Shown here: positions 53,299 to 64,000 of the stretch, in pieces
Position numbering within the stretch: the first letter of the stretch is position 1
Layout: each line of letters begins with the position of its first letter
Source: Octopus sinensis
Lineage: Eukaryota
Assembly (NCBI RefSeq): GCF_006345805.1
Contig: NC_043007.1
Location: 77,066,001-77,130,000, forward strand
DNA: 64,000 nt
Direction of reading: 5' to 3'
The notes under the pieces: generated by a model
The model's database searches: none
Told to the model about the DNA's origin: nothing
Seen by the model: the letters and a program-made list of their open reading frames with translations, nothing else
Made by a program: the position numbers and the translations under genes

Positions 53299-54086
53299 CT
53301 GCCCCCCTCTGTCTCTCTCTCTCTCTCTCTCACTCTTTCCCTCATTCTCTCTTTCTTTCTCTTTCTGTCTATTTGTCTATCTCTCTCCCTCTCTATCCGT
53401 CTCTCTCTCACATTCTCTCTCTGTCTTTCTCCCCTCCCTCTCCCTCTCTTTGTCCCTCCCTCCCGAAAATATTTACTGCGGTCACCCATGGGGAGGGATG
53501 ATCTGGAATTTTGGACAGAAGAAGGTCATGGTACTTCTCGACAATATCTACCCGAATTTCATGTAGATCACTCAGGTTTTTCGGTAAAATATTAAAATGC
53601 TGTTGATCCTTAAAACCCAAGCTATTTCACTACATGTCTATCGATTTCTCAGCGTCCGTATTCTAGCTGAGACTATATCAATTCGTCTCCAGTATCCGAG
53701 TCAGAATGTCACCCAATTATTAAATGGTGCTTAAACAATGTATTGAACGAGTGTTTACATACACAAGTACAACCTTTCCTCTTTCTGCTGATGTTAATAT
53801 GTTGGTAACCACAAAAATTATAACAGAATTAAAAAAATTAACAAGAGCAGTGAAATAACTAGGACAACCTATTTTGGTAAAGTTTCTATTCTTTTATTTT
53901 ATTCTGTAATTTTATTTTACTAAACGCATAAAAACAAAGAAAATGTGCATGCACATTTATGGTTTTGTGGTTAAGAAGCTCGCTTTACTATAAGAAGAAA
54001 CAAAAAACATGAGTAGATGGTAAGCTGTTCGAATTGTCAGCGCGCCAAAACAGAAATTAGAAAATGCCACGTGGCATTTCTTCTGG

Positions 54087-54121
<35 letters not shown>

Positions 54122-54368
54122 CAATTGCAGTGTGGAAGGTGTTTGTAAGCCATTTAAGAAACACACAAAAGCCGTTCAATTCACTTCAACATATAAGTTT
54201 AATTTGTCAAAATATTTTCGTCGCTAAAATCCGCGACCTGTTCACTGACAAAAATCCGTGCTGAACAGGTCGCGGATTTTAGCGACGAAAATATTTTGAC
54301 AAAGTAAACTTAAATGTTGAAGTGAATCGAACGGCTTTTGTGTGTTTCTTAAATGGCTTACAAACACC
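54122..54368. repeat. second copy of the 46353 fold-back element, opposite orientation
   Basis: Same arms. Spacer CTGACAAAAATCCGTGC is the reverse complement of the 46475-46491 spacer. Right end cut by a SINE B fragment. Confidence 0.9.
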
Positions 54369-54928
54369 TGAGTTCAACTTCTGCTGAGATCGACTTTGTT
54401 ATTCATCATTTCGACGTCGATAAAATAGATACCTTTTCAGTACTGGGGTAGATGTAACTGACCAACTCCTTCCTTTAAAACTGCTTTGTTCTATAATTTG
54501 AAACTACAATTGAAAGACATGATTGTGAAACTAAGTTTGTTTGGAACGATGTAATTCCGTATTCAAAACCACTCAGAGGAGTTGTGGACAAACACTGGTA
54601 ACCCGTATCAAATAGCAGTCGTACATGTCCATTGATGTCTAAGTTTTCCTGCCTTTAATGTTAGGTTGCTCAATCGAAGTCTAGGGATAACTATTTTTAC
54701 TAGAAATGAAGTCAAAGGTGGACTTATGGAGGCTGATATAATCGACTTAATCCGTTTGTCTGTCCTTGTTTGTCCTCTCTGTGTTTAGCCCCTTCTGGGT
54801 AGTAAAGAAATAGATATTTACATTTTTTTATCGTTTTATTTAGACGTTCTTTTAAAAAAATTATTGTTGTGTCTATGTCAAACTTGCTCGCTCCGATTAA
54901 CCACTGGTTCGTTCCTATATCTCATCAG

Positions 54929-55335
54929 GAGTGGGTGTGTGGTAAGTAGCTTGCTTACAAACCACATTGTTCCGGGTTCAGTCCCACAGCGTGGCACCTT
55001 GGGCAAGTGTTTTCTACTATAGCCTCGGGCCGACCAAAGTCGAAAGAAGCCCGTCGTATATATGTGTATATAAATATATATGTGTGTGTGTGAGTTTGTG
55101 TGTCTATGTGTGTGTGCGTGTGTGTGTGTGTGTTTATCCCCTCAACATCGCTTGATAACCGATGGTGGTGTATTTACGTCTCCGTAACTTAACGGTTCGG
55201 CAAAAGAGAGACCGATAGAATAAGTACTAGGCTTACAAAGAATAAGTCTTAGGGTCGATTTGTTCGACTAAAGGCGGTGCTCCAGCATGGTCACAGTCAA
55301 ATGACTGAAACAAGTAAAAGAGTTAAAGAGTAAAG
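54929..55335 (+). mobile_element. SINE family A
   Basis: Colinear with 10634-11022, with a small internal deletion. Confidence 0.85.
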
Positions 55336-55736
55336 AGACCAATCATGATTTTAGAAAATATATAGGGCACCCCTTCAATGGATTTGCTTGATATTCACAT
55401 AATTCTCTCTAAACAGTTATACAGGTGCAATCTTCTCTTACAGTCCGACTGGGAATCAAATGATGCAAATGTGACCTGATGCTAATTACAGGTTATTAAT
55501 TTAGAATTAAGTCTAAAATTTATCCGCAGAGCCATCTTACAGTATTCTGGAAAATGAATATACTGGACCCTATAGTATATATTTATTGACAGCAAACCAC
55601 AACATCCATAGATCAGAGTTGGCGTCAAGACCCATGAGCCCCGCCCAAGCCAATCAATGTACTTGGCCTTATAGTATTTATTCACAGCTTGCAATGATCA
55701 GAATTGATCCCTTGGACCCATCAGGATCCCTGGCGA

Positions 55737-56293
55737 ATCAATGTACGAGACCCTATAATATTGATTCCTTGGCAGAAAGCCACAGCAAAGATTGATCAGG
55801 GTTGGACCTTCAGACATGCGAGGCTCCGAACAATTGCCCAGTGTGTCGATATCTTACGGCACTGTCTATCCCACAATGAAAATATTTTAAGCCTAATCTT
55901 AACCATAACCCATCAAATATATGTTATAAATGCTTAATAATACAGTGAAATACCACAACTCATAAATCTACATTGGGCTAAAAAAAAAAAGCAACATCTG
56001 ATTTTTATCAATGCACGAGAGCCTATAGTATTGATTCCTTGGCAGAAAGCCACAGCAAAGATTGATCAGGGCTGGGCCTCTAGACATGCGATGCCTCGGA
56101 CAATTGCCCAGTGTGCCGATACCTTACGGCACTGTCTATCCCACAATGAAAATATTTTAAACCTAATCTTAACCATAACCCATCAAATATATATTATAAA
56201 TGCTGATAATACAGTGAAATACCACAATTCAAAAATCTACATGGGACCAAAAAAAAAAAAAAAGAAAAGAAAAAGCAGCATCTGTTTTTTATC
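55737..56293 (+). repeat. tandem repeat, unit about 270 bp, two copies
   Basis: ATCAATG(T/C)ACGAGA..CTATA.TATTGATTCCTTGGCAGAAAGCC starts at 55737 and 56007. Confidence 0.9.
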
Positions 56294-56660
56294 TGAGGTT
56301 TGGATTAATAATGAAGAAGCTCAAATGAAGGTATTATTTACAGCATAATGTTTTTACTTTCTTGATTAACACTTACTGGACTTCCCTTATAACAGTTTAT
56401 GAGAATTGACTGGTTTAGTTATCACAGATAATTCTTTGTTTAATAAAAATAATGTACTTGTTACCAATACTGAAGTTCCATCGTGTTTTGTTTATCTAAT
56501 GTTTTAGTTAGGGCGGGTCCCATATGAGTAAATGTTTCAACTGCGTAGTAGATGCCTTTGTTTTTTAAATAGCGTTTTCAAGAAACTTTTTTTGTTTAGC
56601 TAAGTCGCACTTTTTTTACGCATCTATCGATAATGAGGTGATAGATTTTTTCTCATTGAA

Positions 56661-57072
56661 ACCTATTTCTTTACTACCCACCAGGGGATAAACACAGAGA
56701 GGACAAAAAAGGACAGACAAACAGATTAAGTCGATTATATCAACCCCAGTGCGTAACTGGTAATTATTTAATCGACTCCGAAAGGATGAAAGGCAAAGTC
56801 GACCTCGGCGGAATTTGAACTCAGAACGTAACGGCAGGCGAAATACCTATTTCTTTACTACCCATAAGGGGCTAAACACAGAGGAGACAAACAAGGACAG
56901 ACAAACGGATTAAGTCGATTACATCGACTCCAGCGCGTCACTGGTACTTAATTTATCGACCCCGAAAGGATGAAAGGCAAAGTCTTTGAATTTGAACTCA
57001 GAACGTAACGGCAGATGAAATACTGCTTAAACATTTTGCCCGGAGTGCTAACGTTTCTGCCAGCTCGCAGCC
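56661..57072 (-). mobile_element. SINE family B with head-to-tail duplicated body
   Basis: Plus-strand junction CGAAATACC|TATTTCTTT at about 56839-56856 is the reverse complement of the 50679 junction. Confidence 0.9.
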
Positions 57073-57159
57073 TTGCATTTCCCCATTGAAACCGCCTACA
57101 CATGTGTCAAGCTTATAGCCTAAATACATGCACACCCAACTACTTACCTTAAAATAGAA

Positions 57160-57194
<35 letters not shown>

Positions 57195-58170
57195 AACACA
57201 AACACACAGACCATACGTATTTGAAGAAGAGAATATAATTTAGTCTATAAATCGGACGCAGTGTCTTACATAAAACAAGGCTTTTGTTGAACAAAAAACT
57301 TTTTTACTTTACACTCCTTTTCGTCCCTACAACAACTTGTATAGATATTGATAAATCCCGCCTTTAATTTGAAACGTGGGAATAACTTTTATTTCAACAC
57401 ATCATAATACTGAATGTTTTGGGTCCGTAATATTCTCTAGGTATCACCGAAACTGTGGCGTATCAATCACAAAAGATCGTTTTTGCCAATATATTGATGG
57501 AGCGTAAATTTGCTCACAACATATACAGTGCTTTGATGCTACGCTTGTTTGTTTTTCTCAGCTTCTTCCGATTCGTTTTCCCTCCTCCTTCTTTGAAAAA
57601 TCCTTAGCAATGTTTTTTTTTATCTTCCTTTGTGATGTTATCCCGTCACTCTGGGACATAATTATTGCATTCATCTTTTGTTATTTTAATGAAGAAATAG
57701 CTGTTCTTTGTATGTTAAGAATGTTTACGTTACTAAGTGTTTTTCTCTTATGAGTTTGCTAATTGTGTTATCCCTAACTCAGAAATTAGTTTATTTATTT
57801 TCATATTTTGATATTATCTATATTCAATCAAAATTATCCAACACTAACATTTTTTTTTTGCTGCGTAAACATTTCAAATTTTTGCTTCAGCAAGTTAATA
57901 TAGTTTTATATTTTCAACACTACTACAAACACCCACTTTCCAGGTGCTAAACTATAGTTTAAATATACAGTTTCAATCACTGATTAGCTATTAATTTAAT
58001 AATTTAGTTAAGGCGCACCTTGAGTAAGACAAGCCCCTACATTTTTTGTGGAAAAATGTATATTTTGTGAGAAAATGAAACTTAACATTCAGCAAAGAAA
58101 GATGTCCAGTCAAACAGAACAAAGTATGATACAAAAATCTTGTTGAAAGATGTGTGTATGCTGCGTATGT

Positions 58171-58204
<34 letters not shown>

Positions 58205-58208
<4 letters not shown>

Positions 58209-58430
58209 TTCTTTACTACCCACAAGAGGCTAAACATAGAGGGAACAAACAAGGACAGACAAAGGGATTAAGTCGATTACATCGACCCAGAGCGAAACTG
58301 GTACTTAATTTATCGACCCCGAAAGGATGAAAGGCAAAGTCGATCTCGGTGGAATTTGAACTCAGAACGTAACGACAGACGAAATACGGCTACGCATTTC
58401 GCCCGGCGTGCTAACGATTTTGCCAGCTAT
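58205..58430 (-). mobile_element. SINE family B, monomer
   Basis: Same subfamily tail (GGGTAGTAAAGAAAT on the minus strand), single unit. Confidence 0.85.
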
Positions 58431-58592
58431 ATATATAGAAACACTATATATATATATATAGTGTTTCTTTATAAGAAAACGTAAGGAAATGCACAATGAT
58501 ACAGAAATAGAGGAAATATGAGTGCGCTGTCTATAACAAACGCAAGTCTATTCTCCAGAATACTCGCTGGTAAAGCAAAGTTAAGAAATGTA

Positions 58593-58922
58593 CAGCCTTG
58601 GCCAAAAATATTAGGTTACCACAATGCTTTTGGGTTCTGCTATCTCAATGTTAATGAAACTCGTGCACATGGTAGATTATGGTATATTTCACAATATACA
58701 TAAGTTTTAATATCTGGTTGAACCTCCTTTAGCATTAATTACCACTTTTATACTGTACTGTACACATGCAACCAATTATGAGCAAGACCAACGTCAACCA
58801 GATATTAAAACTAATGTATATTATGAAATATACCATAGTCTACCATGTGCACGAGTTTCATTGACACTGAGATAGCAAAACCCAAAAACATTGGGGCGGT
58901 CTAATGCTTTTGACCAAGGGTG
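58593..58922. mobile_element. Tc1/mariner-type MITE with long TIRs and TA TSD
   Basis: TA-CAGCCTTGGCCAAAAATATTAG...CTAATGCTTTTGACCAAGGGTG-TA. Arms about 128 bp around a spacer of about 73 bp. Confidence 0.85.
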
Positions 58923-58924
58923 TA

Positions 58925-59174
58925 AATAGTCTCAGACAATTTCTTCGGCCAATGAACCGATCTGCGAGAACGTGTCCTGTAAGGTGAAGAATGCGTTTGT
59001 GTAGTTGGTGTTTTGGTGAGTGGAGGTGGTGCTTGTAGGGGTGGGGTTGGTGGCAGCGTTTGTGGAAAGATGGGTGTGTTAGCAAGTGGTATAAATGTTT
59101 CGGAAAAGGCTTTTTTTCAACTCTTTTTCTCCGTGAATTTCCAGAGTGAACAGTTTCGGTGTGCTCCTCAGAAC
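58925..59174 (-). mobile_element. Gypsy-type LTR retrotransposon pol (integrase) C-terminal remnant
   Basis: VLRSTPKLFTLEIHGEK... then, after a frameshift, a P/T-rich linker and RTRSRRSVHWPKKLSETIY, resembling the TRSGR.V..P..L pol end motif. Completed by ..IS* on the other side of the MITE. Confidence 0.65.
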
Positions 59175-59244
59175 ACTGCAACTTATTCTGATATTAACAT
59201 GCGGAATCTTTCTGTAGCACTCAACAAGTTATATACATATAAAT

Positions 59245-59695
59245 CTTTTTTATCTTTTACTTGCTTCAGTCATTGGACTGTGGCCATGCTGGTACACTGC
59301 TTTGAAGAATTTTAGTCGATTGAATAGACCAGTGCTTTTTCCATTTATTTTTTTTTCATTTATTTATTTATTTATTTATTTATTTATTTTTGTAAATCTA
59401 GTACTTATTCTTCCGATCTCTTTTGCCGAACTACTAAATCACAGGCACGTAAACTCATCAACACCGGTTGACAAGAAGTGATGGAGGAACAAAATCACAG
59501 ACGCAAACACACACGCACGCACACGCATATATATGACGGGCTTCTTTCAGTTTCCTTCTACTAAATCCACTTACAAGGCTTTGGTCGGCTCGAGGATACA
59601 GTAGAAGACACTTGCCCAAGGTGACATGCAATGGGACTGGAAACGGAAATTCGTGTTTGGGAAGCAACCTTCTTACCACACAGTCATGCTTGCAC
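59245..59695 (-). mobile_element. SINE family A
   Basis: Reverse complement of family A. Confidence 0.8.
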
Positions 59696-59912
59696 CTTGT
59701 ATATATATCTTGCTGCCTCCACACTCAACCTGATAGTCTTCTACCTACTGACCCCTATGATGCCAAGCATATTGTAAGCTCTGCAAACCTTCCGCATCCC
59801 ACCTCAACTAGAAGACACTCTGCTTCTTTGGCATAATTCCACCAGTATAACAGCATTCCGTGGCTCACATTTGCCGCCTTGATGCGGCCCGGAGTTCATA
59901 TGAAATGTTTAA

Positions 59913-60147
59913 CTCTTTAGCATTCAAGCCAACCATATCTGGCCCAGTTATTTTACCATTTTTTATGTTCAAACCAACCAGGTCCAGCCTCTTACACCTT
60001 ACCCCATAATGTATTTCTAAAAAGAAATAATCGCATCATCAAAACCTCAAAGATTCAAAATAATGCATGATACATTAAACATGATGCATAAAACAGTGTG
60101 AATAAATAAGGATTACATTCTACACGGTGCATCTGGATGCTAAAGGG
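59913..60147. mobile_element. piggyBac-type MITE, third copy (opposite orientation to 3092)
   Basis: TTAA-CTCTTTAGCATTCAA...GGATGCTAAAGGG. Confidence 0.7.
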
Positions 60148-60782
60148 CTATTAATCGTTCGTGGGCCGGCGGGAGTCTCTTGGGACACCAGCCAATTTAA
60201 AAAGTTATGCAACTCTTTTTATTTAAATGTTTTTATATCTCATGACTTCTATTGTCATTAGTTTATGTATGCAAATACAAATTTTGAATTAAAAGTTTCC
60301 AGTCATATGGATTTTATAGCATAAAATATGATCATTGGGGTCCCATTGAACCCCATTGGCCTTCTGCGAAATTATTTTTTTCTGTTCTCTTTTCAGATAT
60401 TCTAATAAAGTATCAATCAATTTTCTTCGTATTTGTACTGGTATGAATCGATATACTTTTTTCTTTCATTCTTTTTGTTTTATTTTATATTTTGTGCTAT
60501 TTGTATAATTTGTTAAACTATAAAAAAAAAAGTGCAAAATTTCTTTTTCTGTATCATGCACTCACACAAGTTTTAAAAATTATAAACTGGGGTCGATTCG
60601 ACGAAACTCCCCCAAGATGGTACCCCAGCATGGTCACAGTCCAATGCTTAGAAACAAGTAAAAGTTAGAAAGATATGTCAATTTAGAAGCGTGGAAAATG
60701 AGATGAAAATAACCATACATTCAAAGAAAGTTTAGCCTTTTAAACTAGTTTCGTATTAAAATATAATTCATGTACAAATTAT

Positions 60783-61160
60783 AGGTGCGGGAGTGGCTGT
60801 GTGGTAAATAGCTTGCTAACCAACCACATGGTTCCGGGTTCAGTCCCACTGCGTGGTACCTTGGGCAAGTGTCATCTAATATAGCCTCGGACCGACCAAA
60901 TCCTTGTGAGTGGATTTGGTAGACGGAAACTGAAAGAAGCCCGTCGTATATATGTATATGTATATATATGTGTGTGTGTGTGTGTGTTTGTCCCCCCACC
61001 ATCGCTTGACAACCGATGCTGGTGTGTTTACATTCGGCAAAAGACAACGATAGAATAAATATTAGGCTTACAAAGAATAAGCCCTGGGGTCGATTTGCTC
61101 GACTAAAGGCGGTGCTCCAGCATGGCTGCAATCAAATGACTGAGACAAGTAAAAGAGTAA
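60783..61160 (+). mobile_element. SINE family A, full length
   Basis: Head to tail colinear with 10634-11022. Confidence 0.9.
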
Positions 61161-61702
61161 ACACTTAACCTATTGATTTATAACATTTACAGGAATAGGA
61201 TCAATATCGATGATATCGAGTCTGATATAGGATTAAAATATATTTTATCGAACGAGGAAGGACGAAAAGCAAAAAAAATCCGGGTGGGATTTGAACACAG
61301 AACTTTGGGAATTGTAAGAAAGTACAACAAAACACTTCATCCTCTGTGTTATTGATTGATTCTCTCTTAAACTTCGCACTCACTGCATGAAAACATTGAT
61401 TTTTTTAACAAAAAATATTACCTACGTAGTCACTTTCCCAAACAAGATGAGGCACTCATAAATTTGTTTTAAGAGTTGTCTCCCATTTCGGCTACAATTG
61501 TATTTATTTTTTAAAGTATAGTTTTGCTTCCATAAAAACAATATATGCATTGACTTATATAAGGGTTTCTGGTTTTGTTTCTCTTAATTCTTCTGAACAA
61601 AAACAATCGATGGAACAATTGCCAGGTATTCAAATAAATATGAATATTATATGAATATGAATGTTACTGGATATCACATAGCAATACAAATTTATATTAC
61701 CC

Positions 61703-61736
<34 letters not shown>

Positions 61737-61740
61737 TATA

Positions 61741-61971
61741 TACTCTTTACTCTCTCTTTTACTTTTTTACTTGTTTCAGTCATTTGACTGCGGCTATGCT
61801 GGAGCACCGCCTTTAATCGAGCAACTCGATCCCGGGACTTATTCTTTTGTAAGCCCAGTACTATTCTATCGGTCTCTTTTGCCGAACCGCTAAGTAACGG
61901 GGACATAAACACACCAGCATTGGTTGACAACCAATGCTAGGGGGACAAACACAGACACACAAACACACACA

Positions 61972-62023
<52 letters not shown>

Positions 62024-62186
62024 TACGACGGGCTTCTTCAGTTTCCGTCTACCAAATCCACTCACAAGGCTTTGGTCGGACCCAGGCTATAGTAGAAGAC
62101 ACTTGCCCAAGATGCCACGCAGTGGGACTGAACCCGGAACCCTGTGGTTGGTTAGCAAGCTACTTACCACACAGCCACTCCTGCGC
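61741..62186 (-). mobile_element. SINE family A, full length
   Basis: Head GGCGCAGGAGTGGCTGTGTGG on the minus strand; CpGs retained. Confidence 0.9.
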
Positions 62187-62220
62187 CTATAGAGTATATA
62201 ATTATTATTTTTATTAACGG

Positions 62221-62896
62221 GTCATCCATATATAAGAGGTGGCTGATTGTTTTGCCGTAACATTTGTATCCGCATCCAGTTAGCATGTCAGATAAAGGTG
62301 TGAGTGCCAAGCAGAAAAGGAGTGGAGAGAGCGTGTTTCCCTGGAATATTCCTCTTCTAATGGGGATGGCTGTGGTTTTTCACGTCTCCCTCTTTTGTTT
62401 GGAGCTGTAAGCACTGTCTGCCATTTATTCATAGAGTGTCTTATGCATTTTATAATTATTGGTGCTACCTTATTAATGGCTAGTGTTTCGAGAATCCACG
62501 TGTGGGGAATACTATCAAAAGCCTTTCGGTAATCGATCCAGGCCATACTGAGGCCTTTCTTCTTTATGCAGCTGTCTTCAGTTATGGACTTATTGATCAT
62601 TAGTTGATCATTACAGCCGCATGAGTTCTTGCAGCCTCCCTTCTGCTCTTCTGGAAACAGGTTATTTTCTTCAAGATGCTTCCTCAATCTCTGCGATATT
62701 ATTGCAGTAAAGGCTTTGTAAATTGTAGGGAGATAGGTTATAAGTTTGTACTTTTGTGGTTTTGCCGTTTCAGTGGATTTGGGAATTAGGATAGTTTTCC
62801 CTTTCGTGAGCCATTCAGGCATTGTCTCTGGCTATGCTAGTATGTCGTTAAAGTTTTCAGCCAGCTTTTTGTGTATTCTTGTCAGATATTTTAAAC
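62221..62896 (-). mobile_element. R4/Dong-clade non-LTR retrotransposon reverse transcriptase fragment (pseudogenised)
   Basis: LKYLTRIHKKLAENFNDILA*PETMPEWLTKGKTILIPK...PEEQKGG...WIDYRKAFDSIPHTW..., then after frameshifts IRRGIFQGNTLSPLLFCLAL...SHLLYMDD. RT identity is secure; the clade is assigned from motif memory. Confidence 0.85.
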
Positions 62897-63096
62897 AGAG
62901 ATGCATATATTTTCAGCCACTAAGGAACATGCTCAACTGGTTATGGTCGAATAACTGACAAGCAAATCTGTGGTATTGAGCAGAATATTTGCTGTAGCCC
63001 TTCTTTTATAGCAAGACAAAACAATGCACATTATAACACTTCTAATCAGTTAAGATCAGAAGCCATGAGAGCCAGTACCTGGTACTGCATCAGGGC

Positions 63097-63098
<2 letters not shown>
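62897..63098 (-). mobile_element. partial copy (about 200 bp) of element X, fused to the RT fragment
   Basis: Colinear with 63500-63701. Confidence 0.8.
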
Positions 63099-63145
<47 letters not shown>

Positions 63146-63701
63146 GAGTGAGAGAGCAGTGCATGCCATCAAAGTGACACTGGGGTAAAATATACGAAGC
63201 CCAATATACCCATCATGACTACCCGTCTGATAAAGGTACACCAGGCACATGCATCACAACCATATGTGCGCGACATGGTGATCTCATATCAAGATAAACA
63301 GCACATGACCTTGTAGGTGGGCCCCAGTTAGAATTTTCTTCAGGTTGAGTAGCCCATCCCGCTCAAAAGGTCCCTGAATAAGGGTTGTTTAAGGATGTTG
63401 AAAGAACCACCCATGTTTCCAGAGGTGAATTATTCAAACCCCAAAGAATCCCTCTCAACACATGGCTATGATGCTCCCCCACTACTTCTGCTCGTGATCA
63501 GAGATGCACATATCGTCAGCCACTAAGGGACATGCTCAACTGGTTAAGGTCAAACAACTGACAAGCAAATCTGTGGTATTGAGCAGAATATTTGCTGTAG
63601 CCCATCTTTTATACCAAGACAAAACAATGTACATGATAACACTTCCAATCAGTTAAGATCAGAAGCCATGAGAGCCACTGCCTGGTACTGCATCAGGGCA
63701 T
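63146..63701 (-). mobile_element. non-coding element X (about 555 bp) between (TAA)n arrays
   Basis: Flanked on both sides by TAA repeats and partly duplicated at 62897-63098. No ORF homology recognised. Strand inferred. Confidence 0.6.
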
Positions 63702-63844
63702 TTATTATTATTATTATTATTATATTATTATTATTATTATATTATTATTATTGTTATATTATTATTATTATTATTATATTATTATTATTATATTATTATT
63801 ACTATTATTATTATTACTATTACTACTACTACTACTACACTACT

Positions 63845-63881
<37 letters not shown>

Positions 63882-63882
63882 C

Positions 63883-63955
<73 letters not shown>

Positions 63956-63981
63956 TATTATTATTATATTATTATTATTAT
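63702..63981. repeat. compound (TTA)n/(CTA)n/(CCA)n microsatellite
   Basis: Direct inspection. Confidence 0.95.
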
Positions 63982-64000
63982 ATGAAGGCGACATGCTGGT

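Noticed and set aside
33303-53620. Dozens of long ORFs rich in Y/I/C/V/H/T or poly-K/R/L/F (e.g. 43737-44561, 43633-44241, 36376-36810, 49761-50144)
   Set aside because: They are translations of (TA)n, (TG)n, (TAGA)n and (CTT)n microsatellites and SINEs; one runs through the N gap.
58858-59315. His-rich and Gly-rich ORFs (58858-59181 minus, 59013-59315 plus)
   Set aside because: Alternative frames of the Gypsy pol remnant.
1-64000. CRISPR arrays, operons, rRNA or intact tRNA genes, intact transposase or RT genes
   Set aside because: No regularly spaced repeat-spacer array or such gene was seen. All transposon ORFs carry stops, frameshifts or truncations.

Overview
AT-rich, repeat-dense eukaryotic genomic DNA. 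The SINE, MITE and LINE families and the (TA)n/(TG)n/(TAGA)n/(TAA)n arrays look like an octopus genome; this is inferred from repeat recognition, not from a database search. There is no prokaryotic gene, operon, CRISPR array or rRNA, and almost all ORFs in the supplied track are microsatellite or SINE artefacts. Recognisable content: many copies of several tRNA-headed SINE families; decayed transposons (Tigger/pogo, mariner, RTE LINE, Gypsy pol end, R4/Dong RT with YMDD); piggyBac-type and Tc1-type MITEs; several long fold-back hairpins; and a 100-N scaffold gap. Host-gene evidence is limited to one plausible plus-strand terminal exon ending in a hydrophobic GPI/TM-like tail (4619-4803) and a set of unidentified minus-strand exon/microexon candidates (13.5-38.1 kb). 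No gene could be named. The most notable items are a minimal type-I hammerhead ribozyme motif with a compensated U3-A8 core (37112-37149, minus), SINE tandem dimers with the same junction at two independent loci, a (TAA)n-targeting element fused to an R4/Dong RT fragment, and a CpG-content transition near the gap.
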